From positions 930,001-994,000 of the forward strand of contig OX597825.1 of the NCBI GenBank assembly GCA_951406725.2: a DNA stretch of 64,000 nucleotides. The letters are read 5' to 3'. The notes below the pieces were generated by a model, which worked only from the letters and a program-made list of their open reading frames with translations, made no database searches and was not told the origin of the DNA. Origin of the DNA: Octopus vulgaris (taxonomy: Eukaryota). The position numbers and the translations under genes are program-made. This document shows positions 13,045-27,639 of the stretch, piece by piece. How positions within the stretch are numbered: the first letter of the stretch is position 1; every line of letters starts with the position of its first letter.

Positions 13045-14720
13045 TTGTTGTGTTTGTTATAATTTTAGCCCAGAGTCAACCATAACCAAGCAGTCCTATG
13101 ATCAAAGGCATTCCAACCGGATTTTTATATGTTCATATCTTACCCATTGAGTCCTGCATTCTATTAAAAAAAAGGGTGTGGTTTCTATTTCTAGCAGATT
13201 GAATTACGTGTAAGTTCTCTCAGGTCCTTTACTATTGTTGTTGTTGTTGTTACTATTTTATATGTCAAACCACTTTTAAGTGTATATTATGACCATAGAC
13301 TTATACAAACTTCCTCTCCTTTATCACCAATCTCTCTCTCTCTCATTCTCTCTCTCTCTCTTCTCAAAAGTATACTACAGAGAATTGTATTTAAATTTTT
13401 CACTTGTCATTAATTAAACTTATGAAACTTCAAAACTATTTCTGATTCTTTTCAGGGGGAAATTATAATGTGTTTTATAAATATTAGATCATTGATTTAG
13501 AAATACTCTTTTATGAGACAAATTCTAAATCTCTGATTTTAATTTTTGAGAGAAAGAAGAGGAAATATGATTGTCAGATTGTTATATCATAATAGTTCAT
13601 ACTTTTTGGTAGCATCAATCACATGTTAAACTACTTTGATTTGGAGGACCACAAATGCTTGAGAAATTATCCATGCTTTTGTTGAGAAGAATATCAAATC
13701 CTTTCTCAAAAAATTTGGAGTGTAAATATCAGAATAATCCAATTTTGTCTTTTTTTTCACAAAAACCTGTCTTCATGTGGTGTGTAAAGTGCTGGAAAAT
13801 AGCATCAATTCTAATCCTCTTTTGTGAGTAATATATTTAAATGTTGTCCAGTCTTTCATAGAAAAAACAAAGTAGACCTTTTCTGATGATAACGATACTG
13901 CTGCAGATTAGCTGTCATTTCTGATGATGTTGTTGTTTATGTTTTGGCCCTAGGTCAGCCTTGATCAAAGAAATCTGGGATTAAATAAAAACTAGCCATG
14001 GCCATCCAGTCTTCTATTTAAATATAGTATATCTCAGACTATATTATCTAATATAGTCTTTCTTTCTTTAAGATGGCAGAGTTTGATATCGGTTGATCTA
14101 GCTGTTATTTCTAGTAAGTAGAGCAACCACATAGAGATTCCCTCGTTGTCTTGTTTCAGACAATAATCTTAGTTGTGGTATTGCAGATGTTGTTGTCACT
14201 GTGGCTTCTACAGTTGTTAGTGTAGTGTTACTGTTGTTATTCTAATTCTTCTTGATATGATTTAGTTTCAAGTAAGCCCTAATTGAGCAGAATTTCCAGC
14301 TATGACCATCCAGTCTATTTTCAGACATAGTTTCTCTAGAACTACTTCAACCAATGAGCCTTATGCTATTTTTCTTTTAACGATGATAAGGTTGCATTTG
14401 AGGGAGATTTGGTTGCTATTTCTATCAGGCCAAGTAACAGTACAACGGTTTCCGATGCTGCAAATGATCTTTTTTTCTTTTGTTGGTGATGATGCAGCAA
14501 ATATTGCAATTGCTGTTTTGTTGCTGTTGTTTAGCCCCGAGTGAACTCAGACTGAGAATAACCATAACAAAAGGTGTTTTAGCCCAGACCACTTTGTCAT
14601 TTCAGTTATACCAAGGACTGTATTGCAGGACCTTTTCATTTTATTATTCAGGACACTAAGATACGATATGACATGGGAAATCTGGATGTTATTTCGAGTA
14701 GCTCAAGCAACTGTACCTGT
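13045..14720 (-). mobile_element. Cluster of four co-oriented degenerate (CAA)-tailed SINE copies (~13045-13220, 13930-14150, 14260-14460, 14520-14720)
   Basis: Each copy has a degenerate form of TTGTTGTTTAGCCCCAGGTCAGCCCTGAT...GATTTGGCTGCTATTTCTAGCAGG. Confidence 0.65.
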
Positions 14721-15841
14721 TGTTGGTACCAAAGCCCAAGCTACGGTTACCTGTCAATGCATTTTCAATTTATGTGTCTTTCATAAAATTCCTTCAAACC
14801 ATTCATTCACTTATTTTCTTTCACACAATCAAAAAGCCCCGTGGAAAGCTTCATTATCCTAGCAACTTATTCTACTGCACGTGCCACTCCATCATTTCTA
14901 TCGTTCTAACCAATGTTGTGATAGAATCTCAAAACTGATCAAGTCAGAATATTAAGAGATTCATGAAAATAACTTATGAACAGTGATATCAACTGGAAGT
15001 CACTTGCTAAATGGTATCTGATAACAATTTATTTGAATTTTTAAAATTTATATTTAAATTCACCTATAGTTACAATATAATGCAATTTCTACTCACCAAA
15101 AGAATAGGAAAAAAACCCATACACCCAGTGGCAGCTTTATAACACATCTGATGCCAATTGATAAATAATGAGAATAATAATATTGATATTGATAAAGAGG
15201 GGACATCTAATACAGAGCCTACAGCTTCAGTGACAGCAAGTAGATGAATAATCATGTCTACAGAAGTGCATAAAGACTTAACACCAAAATAAATAAACAA
15301 ATCTATAAATAAATAATGAAAAAAGAAAACTAACAACATAGGCAAGATGAACAAGTAAGTAATATGTAGAAAGTTCCCTTATATCAAACCAAATAAATGT
15401 ACACACACACACACTTATGTGTATGTGCTTATTTTGTGATACCAAAACTAAAGCAATGCTCAATACAAAATGGTTTGGGAAGTGCAGAGTGTGTTCTATG
15501 GGTTGTGTGAAATGAACAGTGATTAAAAATCCAGCAGACGCAATTCAGGCAGAATTAAATTTTAAAAAGCCATCTATGTACCAGACTCAATGCAAATACA
15601 CTGCTGATAAGCCAGCTGCTGTTTTAGTCATCATGAGATAACATTTCTTATGGATGAGCTGTGTTAAAAAACACAATAAATATCATAGGGAGACATTTAA
15701 GTATGATACACAGATGGCTAAACAGTGATTATACACTCCATACAGTAGCTGCGTTTGGCCAGTCCCTTTGTTGAACATTCATGTCCAAACAAAGGACCGA
15801 GAGACTGTAGATGTAATACTGTTTATTGCAAATAATTAAAC

Positions 15842-15889
<48 letters not shown>

Positions 15890-16729
15890 CACAGACACAC
15901 ATTTAAAAATAGACGCAGAAAGCCATGTACAAAATGCAACTGAAGAAAAGTTAAAACAAAAAAAATGTAAATGACGACTATATAAAGTGAATTAGGTTTA
16001 GTACAAGGAATGGAAGATGATGCCAGGAAGAAAAGTGATTTCAATGAAAATATTAGTTGTCATGGTAATTAGCCAAACAGTTTAATGATGTAAAAAGACT
16101 GAAAATTAAGTGAACTGAAAAAAGAAAAAAATTATACAGATTGGAAAGTAGGAGCCATCCAATTAGAAAAGTTGTTACAAAGTAAATAACTAGAATAGAA
16201 TTTTAAAAAGTAGATTATTAGACACAGCACACAAAGGTTTCATACATATACCAAGAAAACAAAAAAAAGAGATGAATAAGAAATAATAATAAAAGGCAAA
16301 AAGGAAACATAAACAAATTAGGAACTATTTTCTATAGTTTAAAATCAATCAGATTATAAAATAATGATTAAGAATGTCAAAGGATTTGATGATAAAAACA
16401 AAATAAAACTTCTCAAATAGAGATTATAAGAAACCGTGAAATAAAGCCTCCAAGTTATGTGTGTGTGCATATACATATAAACACACACACATTTGTAATA
16501 TATATTATTAGACTTTTATAGGAAGAAGGATGGCAATAACTTCAAAATGTTAACCTGCTGTCCTTCATCAAATTCCCCAATAAAGGTTAGCTGGCTCAAA
16601 CTTTGAAGTCACTATCAACCCTCTTTATGTAAAAGTTGAATAAATGTTTTGAGTAATTCTTCAGTTTTATGTCAAATTGTTTTATTTCTATATATGTAAC
16701 TTGACATGAAAACATTTATATATATATAT

Positions 16730-16802
<73 letters not shown>

Positions 16803-17760
16803 TGGCTAAATAAATGCTGTTGTGGTTAGAATCTAGAAAAGCTGGATAGGCCAGGAACAACATATACAAAGAAGACAAACCATTACTTGACGCAGAAATA
16901 GGACTGTTGTCATGGAGCCATTAATCAACCCTGATCGAGCAGATATTATGGCAGAGGGTGTTCAAACTGTGACGATCCCATCATATTTACAGAAACAATG
17001 TTTCTGGGATGACATTTATGCAATGTATCCTTTCTCTTCTCTCAAGATGGTAAGGTATAAAATGAGTAGAATTTAGCTGCTATTTTGAGTGAGCAGATGG
17101 AATCTCTTTCATTGGCTTGAAACAGGAAGAAATGCTCATCAATGTTGAAAGCCACAGCTTCTCCAAAATGTCCATGAGAAATGTAAGAAATATCTAAGCA
17201 GGGAGGATTGGGAATAACTTATACCAAGTAGGTTACAATCCTCACAAACAATCCTCCTTTCCCAGCATGTAATCCCTCTGGAATCCCTTTATCCTGCAGA
17301 TGTTGAAATATAGAGATGTTCAAGCTGAATATGAAGTATATCAACGTTACCATTATCAAAGATTCTGCAAAGATGATGAGTACAAGACCTCATTTTGACT
17401 CAGCCATAAACATAAAATGGTGTTTAGTCTGGACTAAGTTGTAAAACATTATACAAAGATAACAAACTTGAATGATTTAGTGAGCAACAGAGAAAAAAAA
17501 AAAGGTAATAAACAAGTAAATGATAGTATAAACACATGTAACACCGTCCAGTTATGACCTTTGTTATGACCAAGGAGACGACTCTCCCTTCACAACACAA
17601 GGTGGGATTAGAAACTTGAAATTAAGGAGTACAAGGAAGAAGATGCATAAATTTCACAATTTTATTTTTAACTTGCTACAAAGTTCTTGGTGGTAGCATA
17701 AATTTTCACCAAAATTCTATTACTGAAGAAATTAAAGTTACAATTATGCTGTGATATTAA

Positions 17761-18220
17761 CCATTTTGATACCAACCTGCCTAAAACTTGTCTTTCATTC
17801 TATACTTTAAAAACCATTCTTATATAAATGAAAACTTTGCATTATCATTTTGAGTAAGAACCTTTTAAGTTACGTTCCAAACACTAATTTAAGAATAAAG
17901 AAAAAAGTTAGTTGTTTTACTTTAATAAATCCTTCCAAATTTTTGATTATTTGCGAAATTAATTGAAACTGATCGGCAGAGTGTTACATTATCAAAATCT
18001 TCCTCTCCTGAATGTCTCCCCTCTGAGATTCCCTTCTCCACCCACACATATAAATTAAAGCCTTTCATTATAATTTTATGTAACGATGCTTTTCTTAATT
18101 AAAAATGAAAAAGTTATTTTACTTTTATCTTTTCTTTTACCCTCCAAATTATCGATTATTTTAAAAATTAATTGAAATGCAGGGGCAGTGGGTTTAGTTT
18201 GAAATATGGTGAGGAAAGAG
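17761..18220. mobile_element. TTAA-type MITE related to 62031-62251, with an internal partial duplication
   Basis: TTAA|CCATTTTGATACCAACCTGC start and ATATGGTGAGGAAAGAG|TTAA end; the AAATTAATTGAAA segment occurs twice. Confidence 0.5.
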
Positions 18221-19297
18221 TTAAAGTAATTGCTTAAAATATATCAACCTCTTATAATCTGAACGTTGCTTGAAAGAAGTTGCTTTCCTTCATATCATGG
18301 TCATCATTGTCGTTTTGGTGTCCACTTTCCCATGCTTGCATAGGTTGGATCTTTTACAGCTGGATACTCTTCCTGTTGCCAATCTTTACCTGTTTCCAAG
18401 CAACGTAATATTTCTACATGTCCAGACATGTTTCATTTTGCAGAATATGGGAAATGAATGGCATTCATTTGAAACAATCATACAATGCCTCGACAAATGC
18501 TCTCTCTCTCCCTCTCTCTCTCACACACACACACACATGCAGACAGGCTTTTCCAGTTTCTTTCAACCAAATCCACTTACAAGGCTTTGCTTGGCTCAGA
18601 GCTAAAGTAGGAGACATGTGCTCAAGGTGCATTACAGAAGGACTGAACCCAAAACTTTGTGGTCAGGAAGTAAACTCCTTAACCCCACAGCCATGCCTGG
18701 ACTGACAAAAGTAAAAATATGGGATACAGAAGAGTATACTAGAATAAGGCAAAATACAGAAATAAACTGTAAATAGGATACACAGGTCTACTGGAGTAAA
18801 GAAGAAGGAATTGTAAGAATGAAGGGGAGGGAAAAGAGAAGAAAATTACACAAAATACAGTTGTTGTTTAGTCCTAGTTCAGCTTTGGTTAAGTGAACCT
18901 GTGAGTAAAGGAACTCCAGCTTTGACCATCTCGTCTTTTTGTCCTGGCTTAATTTATTTCAGACCACTTTATCAAATGAATTCTTTGTATTTTCTTTTTG
19001 TTTTTTTTTTAAATAAAAGTAATAGAGTATGATATAGAAGAAGATTCCACTGCTATTTCTAGCAGAGACCAAGTAGAATTTCTTCTATTGGACCACATAA
19101 AAAAAATATAGTATTATGGTAGAAAATAAAATTCTCTGTGTATTCAGTCGATATTGTGTATAGAATCACAAACTGAAAATATAAAATGCCTGCACATACA
19201 CCTGCATGAGGTGAAGTTGATCTTATTGGCATTAAAACTCACAAAACAAAGGTAAGCAGCAAAATAGCAGAAGAGATTTAGCAATTCTGCCAGGTTT

Positions 19298-19734
19298 AAT
19301 AATAATCCTTTTTACTAGAGACACAAGGCCTGAAATCCTGTGGGAGGGGGGGGGGGCTAGTTGATTACATTAGCCACAGCACTCAACCAGTACTTATTTT
19401 ATCCAACCCAAAAAGATGAAAGGCAACCTCAGTGGAATTTGAACTCAGAACATAAAGGCAGAAGAACTGCTTTGACGCATTCTGTCCAGCATGCAAACAA
19501 TTTTCTTACAAACTTTGGCACAAGGTCAGTAATGTTAGGGGTAGGAGTTTAGTTCATTGTATCAACTCAAGGACTTGACTGGTACTTATTTTATTGACCT
19601 CAAAAGCATGAAAGGCAAAGTTATCCTTGGTGCAGTTTGAAACCAGAACATAAAGAACCAGAAGAATGCCGCCAAACATTTTGTTTGATGAGCTGATGAT
19701 TTTGTCAGCTCACTGTCTTCATCCACTGCCATAC

Positions 19735-19788
<54 letters not shown>

Positions 19789-19789
19789 C

Positions 19790-19828
<39 letters not shown>

Positions 19829-20035
19829 CCTTTCTACTATAGTCACAAAGCTTGAAATACTGGGTGAGGAGGTCTTGTTGATTACATCAACCTCAGTGCT
19901 CAACTGGTGCTTATTTCATCAATCCTGAAAGGACGAAAGATAAAGTTGACCTGGGTAGAATATGAACTCAGAGTGTAAAGACGGATGACATGCTTCTAAG
20001 CATTTTGTCCAACTTGCTAATGATTCTGCCAGCTC
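19298..20035 (-). mobile_element. Three tandem Meta/MESC-like SINEs with (AAT)n tails; (AAT)n tract at 19735-19828
   Basis: Three degenerate repeats of GATTACATC...GTACTTATTT...AAAGGATGAAAGGCAAAGT...GAACTCAGAAC. Confidence 0.7.
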
Positions 20036-21052
20036 AAGGCCTCAGCTACAAAAAGATTGATAAAATGTATCCCAAAGTCTGGGGTTGAAAATGAGAATGG
20101 TGTGATTTTCTGGAATATGCAAGTACTTACTGACAAGGAGACAAGAGCAAACTGAATGGACATCATGATAAAAACACCAAAGATCAAATTATTCACTAAT
20201 TGATGTAGTTTGGCCAAATCATAAAAAAACATTTAAGTCATTGTTTTTCAATGTAGGTTTTATGAAAATATTCTAGGATTTTATGGCATAAGATGCCCTT
20301 AAATAAAATTTAATAGAAAAATATATTTGATGAAAAATTGGTGTTCACCGTTTTCAAAATTATAAGTTATTGTATGTTGTTGTTTTGTAAGTAAATAAAT
20401 TTTCTCTTTGAAACAATTTTTATATCGTTTCATGTTTTATTAAAAATAAGTTGGTGAGGATTGTCCATAAAATATAGATATGATTTCACAGTTTTTAGAT
20501 AAACATGTAAGGGCTCCAAGAGAAAATAAGTTTTGGAACCAACAACCAAGGGAAAAGAGATTGAAAGATTTTCCAAATATATAGACCAGGATGTTTATAC
20601 AGGGGAAAATGTGGAATACAGATACAAGAGCAGCACCAGTCGTTAAGGTATGGAAACAAAATCAAAGAACTGTCTGGGTGATATTCTATAGGGGAATTCC
20701 AGAAAATAGAATTCTCAGAAAATGCCCATATTCTATGAATAAAGTAAGGAAAGACTCATTAATCAATTCTGTTCCACTCTAGATTTGCAGAGAGTCTCTA
20801 GTAGAGTGGAAAATGCGAAAGCATTGGGTAGATAACGATAGTGATAATAAGGGCTTCTAACTTAGGTAGAAGACTAACAGTCTTAAGGTGGGGTGGGGTG
20901 TTTAGTTGATAGCACTGACCAAAGTTTGTGTCAACCATGGAAGAATGAAAGTGAAAGTTGACCCCTGTGGGACTTAAACAAAGAATGTTATAAAATCCAG
21001 AGCAAATTCCAAATGTCTTTTTCCTTTTTACTCTCTCCCTCCAAACACAAAG

Positions 21053-21159
21053 ACACACACACACGTACACACACACACGTACACACACACACGTACACAC
21101 ACACACGTACACACACACACGTACACACACACACGTACACACACACACACACACACACA
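21053..21159. repeat. (CA)n tract periodically interrupted by CGTA
   Basis: Directly visible; units of 14-16 bp. Confidence 0.9.
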
Positions 21160-21212
21160 ATAGTCAACATAAATCTTGGTTGGTTGATTTCTCTGGTCAT
21201 GCTTTACATCTT

Positions 21213-21265
<53 letters not shown>

Positions 21266-23139
21266 CTTTGAAATTGACAAGCATTGGTAGGGGGATGGTA
21301 AAGATAAAAGCTATGTAGCTGATGGACACCCACCCACACACACCTGCACATACCCACGAACACTCTCTCTCTCTCTTTTCCTCTCTCTCACATATATGCA
21401 ATCTTCAGTCTATGAGACAGTCACATATACAGACATAACTACAGTTTTAGGAGAAGGACAAACTCAAACAAATGGTTGGTAGGATGGGCTAAAACAGCAG
21501 TGGTTTGCATAAAGCATATATAACTGATTACAACTGAATAAGGCTCTGAAATAGTTCCTATTTATTGTAACCAATATTTTTCTGAAATACTTTTCAAGCA
21601 AGCTTTTTTATTAACAGACCAAGTATTTTTGCATTAATCCCTCAGGTGTTTTCTAACCTAAGAATTTATAGCAAACTATTTGAAATGAGTATATCTTTAC
21701 AATCGCTGCTTTAATATTAATACAATATGGCCACTATGGATAATGTCAGGAAATACGGCACACAAGGCAACAAGGAACTTTTATCAAATCACCCATGGTG
21801 GGAAAAAGTATACTCCCAAAGTTACCTAACTGGCAGCACACTACCATCTGTGTGTGTGTGTGTGTGTTATTAACAGGGCAATTACGATTTTATGTAGAGT
21901 TTTATATTTTAAAAAATTTTATGTAGAGTTTTGATAATTTTTACCAAAATTTTCCCCTGTTTGTGGAATGCATCTTCTATTAGCATGGCTGCAAGTTCTA
22001 ACTTCAGCAGAAGTTACTACACACGTATGTATACGTTCTGTACAAACTCACAATTACGAGCAAAGAAAAAGTCTGCAGATATATTTGACAAAAGATTCTG
22101 AACTAAAATAATTCCTCTCTCTAGAGGCTTTGAGGTTTTTGCTCCCATAGTTTATTGCATATAAATATCTAAATACTTAAATATATATTTAGATATATAA
22201 CTTTCTTTGTGTTAACTTCATTTTATTACAATTTCTATTACATTTTAACTAAGATAAACTTATCTTCAATCTATATTGATCGATCAGGTACACCAGTATT
22301 AATAGAATTTACATTGATAACTATTTTGAATGATGAACAAAGCAGAGGAAATTTTCAGCCAGTGCATTTCCCAAAAACCAATGTTGGGCAAAAGTTAACC
22401 ATAATAAAATATTAACACTTCTAAGAATGTTCCTCAATATAGAATTTTGAAAACGGAACCGAATAACAGAAATGCTCAGAAATGTGCATGCAAGTGCATG
22501 CACACACACACACACGCACGCACACACAGACACACGCACATATACAGAGTAAGTGCATAATTATGTTTTTAAGTGCAAAAATATTGATTTCTTTATTATG
22601 GCAAAAGAACAAATTTGTAGGGGACAGTTGTTGAATTGAACCCCGAATATATCATGTATGTCTTTTCTTTCTTCAAAGTGATAAGAGTATGAGCTGAAGG
22701 AAATTTAGTTTCTATTTCTGTGAGGTTGAGTGACACAAAAATACAAAAAGCAAAAAGCAAAAAAATGGATGGAAAGGTTAATGTGATTGCTGAAAATGAA
22801 TCTGGAAAATAGAAGAGATAATTGAGGAGATTTAGACTGAAATATTCAAACAAACACTTTCAAAAGAGAAGACCATATGTACTGCTGTTGCTGCTATTTA
22901 GCTTTGTGTCAATCCCAATTCGGTCAAACTATCAAAAGTTTGACCCTCTTGTCTTGTTTTCAGACATTGTATGCACTGAACTATCTTACCCAATGTTTTT
23001 TTCTTTATTTGTTTTTAAAAAACAATAAGGTGTTATTTGAAAGAAATATTCCTGCTATTTCTAGCAGTTTGAATAATTGCATGTAAGCTCTGGTACTGGC
23101 ATGGAAAAAGACCATATTCTCAGAATTGCTGGTAAAAGG

Positions 23140-23370
23140 AATGACTATCTGATAACAGCTTTGGAATAAGTTCTTGGGAACCAGATATATCAGAAGAATA
23201 AGGCGTCTCAAAGCAACAACGTTACCTATTGTTATTAGAACACTGGAATAATATCATAAGGAGGAAACAAATATGTAGACTACCAACTTCTTGGTGGTCC
23301 CAAACTAAGTGAATTGCAACAAGTTCATATTTATGTATATTTCACACATCTTACATAAGATCTCTGTGTA
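23140..23370 (+). mobile_element. Degenerate C-terminus of an R4/Dong-like (REL-endonuclease) LINE
   Basis: Broken reading TTLPIVIRTL..I.K...L.GGPKLSELQ...SHIL resembles the 'PIVIGALG...PG.P.L.E.Q...T.HILR' terminus of this clade. Confidence 0.4.
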
Positions 23371-23599
23371 AATACAATCCAGTTTGTTCAATTGATTATG
23401 AATTTTATAAAAGAGAATAAATTGTTTTTATGACACACAGACATCAGTTGTTCCATGGCACCTCACCTGCTTGCATCTTTAGATACAAAATTTTGTTGTC
23501 ACTTGGTGTCTCTGGTTGAGACTTGGCTGCAGCTTGTAGAAATTAAATCAAAGGCAAAACATAATAATAACAATATTTTCTTATATAGAGAGGCACAAG

Positions 23600-24990
23600 G
23601 CTAGGATGATTTCATTTATTTACTACAAGAGCTCAAGATGGTGGGAGGCTGCAAAGATGAAATACATGGAAAAACAACAAATAAAAAACAGTGGGGACTT
23701 CCGTTGAATAAAGGGTGGGACCAACAATAACAATAAAAAGACATTAATAGGATAATATTAAATAGCCCCTAACAGTACAGGACAAAAAAAAAGAACAAAG
23801 TTTCCAAGATAGGGTGCAACCACTTTAGATGATTCAGAACACCCTATCACACACCCACATAACACCCAGATCACTTAGACACACCAAAGTCAATTGCCTT
23901 CTCCCAGTTTTCTTTTTTTATGCCAGTCTGCCTGCACAGTTAATGTGATCTATTTGGCTATGCCAATATCCCCCACTCTCGTCCCTCTTTCAGAAAATTT
24001 ACTGGGAAGCAGTACCTTCTTGTCTATCCTCTCCCTCTTCCTCAACTAATACTTGAAGAAGTTGAAGAGGGCTTGGCTTGGAGAAGAAAAGCTTTGTTCT
24101 AAAATCTTTAAAACATTCATTGTGCTACTTCCTTTGCCATAGTCATCAGACAAAAGAAGACTGCTCTCTTTTCCATGCCAATGGATGACAGAGGTGGGAT
24201 CCGGAACAATAGATTTGGCCAGCAGCCTGATTCCTCCTCTATGTGATAACAGCTGTTTGACAAATAATAATAGGGATAATAATAGTTTCGAATTTTGACA
24301 CAAGGCAAGCATCTGAGAAGAATGGGGAAATTGATTAAATCAATGCCTGACCTGAACTGGTGCTTAACTTTATAAATCCCAAAAGGATTGGTGACATTTG
24401 AACTCAGACTTTTAGGAGCCAGAAGAAATACTGGTAAGCATTTTGTCTGCTGCAGTAACAATTTTAACAGCTAGCTATCTTAATAATAATAATAATAATA
24501 ATAATAGTGGCTTTGTACAGGGCACAAATGCCCCAGATATTAAAGACAGTACAAAGGCAAAATATGAAAGGAAACAACAAAGAATGGTGAGATATTTAAA
24601 TCCTGTCAGAAGGTGAAATCAATTAAACAACAATGAATAGCAATGACAGTGTACACCAATAAAATAACAACAAATAAAGATCCCTTGAGTTGGAGAGGGG
24701 CCGTCACTGATTCAGGTCAACCCATGTCAACCTCAGCTTATCCTGATGAATAAAATGCAATTATTTTCTTCCAGTTTTTGTTGCCAGTCCACTTACATGG
24801 CATGGGAAAAGCGAATCAAGAATTTCTGGGAGACTTTTCATAGATGAAGTTGAGAAAATGGGTTTTATAACAAGTGCATAGGTTATTATCTAGAAGAGAA
24901 AGGCTCTCTTTGAGTACAGGATGTGTCCCCTCAAAATTGATGGTGCAGAAAAAAAAAGTTATCAATGTCTATAGCCTTCCATTCAGTAAA
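23600..24990 (-). mobile_element. Possible decayed L1/Tx1-like 3' fragments (two pieces) with an intervening SINE at ~24270-24480
   Basis: Minus-strand QALFNFFKY.LRKR motif and A-rich tail region; heavily decayed. Confidence 0.3.
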
Positions 24991-25065
24991 TTACAATTAC
25001 GATTTTCCCAAATAGGTGCTAAAAGAAATGACTAAGACTGTTCAGAAAACCAATAAGAAGGAGAA

Positions 25066-25130
25066 AAAAATAGAATAAAAATAGAATAAAAATAGAATAA
25101 AAATAGAATAAAAATAGAATAAAAATAGAA
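25066..25130. repeat. 11-bp tandem repeat (AAAAATAGAAT), about 6 copies
   Basis: Directly visible. Confidence 0.9.
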
Positions 25131-26887
25131 GAGATGACCAACAGAAAACCAATAGAAAATAGTGTTCAAGGACTGACGTATAAATATTACATTTATCATG
25201 AATATAGAGAAGTAGAGATTTTATGCATCTAAAAAGCTGATAAGAGATATCCATTGTAAAATATGAAAACTATTATGTAATAACCAGTCAGGAGAAAAGG
25301 AAAGTAAAAGTCAGAAACAAAGGAAAGGAAGAAAATTGCTTTCTGTCTTCAGGAAAGTCAACAGATAAATAAACAGAGCTGACAATTGAGAAAAGAACAA
25401 AGAACAACAGAAATTGTGGAAAGGTTAAAAAGGGGTCACGGAATGTCATGCTAAAGTGATAGCAAGAAAGCCTGTACACGGTCAATTGCTGAAAAAAATG
25501 TAAAAGAATGACAAGAAAAGTTGCAACACTTTTGTTTTAGGACATGTATTGAAAACCTGGCTGTGTTTTAGTTTTAACCTTTTTATTAGTGTTTTTATAT
25601 TTTCATACGAGTTCTTCATAGTTCATCTGCAACAATAAAGTTCCTAAATCCATCATCAATATTTCTAACTTTTACTTACTGTATTTGGATGTAAAGTTTT
25701 ATTGATATGTGTAAATGCCTCTTCTGTAGCAAGTAAATATGATTTCTATTGACGTCTTTATTTAATTGGTTTAGATGTTGGAATGTTGGAATTCAAATTT
25801 GATTGTTAGATTTAAACATTACTCACATGTTTATTTTGCTTATGATGTATATGTTTACATGTTTGTTCTAGCAATATTCTCTGTTTTGATTAAATGTTTC
25901 CATTATTAATTGTCTAGGTTTATGGAGCATTTTATACAGTGTCTATGCATTGTTTACTAATGTTTTCCCATCAAGTTTTTTATTATGTTTACAGTGTAAA
26001 TAGCTGTGACTGCTCCTCATTGTAAGTGCATAGAAAGCCTGTGAGACAGTATTGTAGTTATATGGCCAATATAACAGTAGTAGTCATAAACTTTACAACT
26101 TTCACTCTCACAATCAAATTTATAAATCCCATTGGTCACTTTTAGCATGTGCTTGGGTTTAAACACTCGTTATTGTTAAGGAGGCTTTTAATTTTAGTAC
26201 TTTTGTAATATATCATAATGTTTAGAATATATTTGCTTCATAACTTTTTGATTATAAAGCAAACAATTTAACCACAGGCACATTCACACATGCACAAATA
26301 TACATATGCATGTGTATACCTTTCACTGATGTATATCAACAAAAATTGGTGTAAAAATAAACAAACCATCAATTAGTGCATTCAGTCTAAATTAACTGAC
26401 TCATGGTGACTGTTTTTTCAATCTCCCTTTAAACCATTCTTCATTGTGTTTGTGCATTAACCATGATATGACACTCTCTCTATTGCTCTGCTTTTTTCCC
26501 CATTCTCTATTACGGCATTTTTTCAATGCCAGCCAGATTATATGTCCTATGTTTGCACAATGTATTCTGTATTCAAATGGACACCATCATTTTTGATGGG
26601 TATAACACAAGTAAATTTATATGCAATTTAACCATTTAAGAATACAAAACTGTCTTTTATATTAACTTTTTGCTTATTTTTTAAAATGTGTAGTTTGTTA
26701 TGTAGTGTCAAAAATTTTTGTCACACTTCTATGATCTTGCCATTGATATAATTCCATCTTGCATAATTGCATAAAATGGCTTTTCCACAATGTAATTGTT
26801 TACATTCACTTTAATTTCAACACATAGTCTCAGTTAAATATATACAATGAAATATATACAACTTACTGAAATTCAAATTATATATAC

Positions 26888-27639
26888 ATGCATGTATGTA
26901 TTAAAAAATCATGGAGGAGTTTAGAACTGGCTGTTTGTAGAAACTTCTGCATACTAATGATCTTGTTCTGAGAGCTGAGTCTGCTGAAGAATCAGAGAAT
27001 AAACACCAAACACAGAGACCATAAAGCAAAGACATGCTTTCCTTAGCAGTAAGGAATACAGGACTCTTCTGTTATCTGGGAGAAAGGCATGCTCAATATG
27101 CAGATAAGATGTAGGTAAGGATTCTATACAGTAAACCAAATGTGAACAATAGGTGCCTAAATGGGATAATAGGCAGGTTGTCAGAGAGAGACTTTGTATT
27201 TGGTAGATCACAGGAGAGTCAACAATAAGAGCAGCTACAAAATGAAATCCTTCAACTGCCAATTCTTGTCACCCAGGAGACATAATTAGGAATAAAGGTG
27301 GATGTTCCCAAAGTGTAGTAGTTAAAAAGTATGAATGGGGTGGAAAAAGTTAAGAGAGTTGTTGCTAGTAACAAAAAGATTTTCCCCTCCAAGTCAAAAA
27401 CAAATAGTATGGTGCTTGTGCATGAACTATGATGCTGCCTGGCAGTAAAACATGGACATTGAATGTGGATATGGTGTATATATATATATATATATATGCA
27501 TGTATGTATAAAAAAAATCACAGAGGAGTTTAAAACTAGCTGTTTGTAGAAACTTCTGTATACTATTGATCTTGTTCTGAGAGCTGAGTCTGCTGAAGAA
27601 TCAGAGAATAAACACCAAACACAGAGACCATAAAGTAAA
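26888..27639 (+). repeat. ~143-bp direct repeats (26888-27030 and 27496-27639) flanking an RTE-LINE fragment
   Basis: Both copies read ATGCATGTATGTA...GATCTTGTTCTGAGAGCTGAGTCTGCTGAAGAATCAGAGAATAAACACCAAACACAGAGACCATAAAG with few differences. Interior ~27260-27470 gives broken GGCS.SVV...GWKKLREL...YGAC...MLPGSKTW (RTE C-terminal region). Confidence 0.85.
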
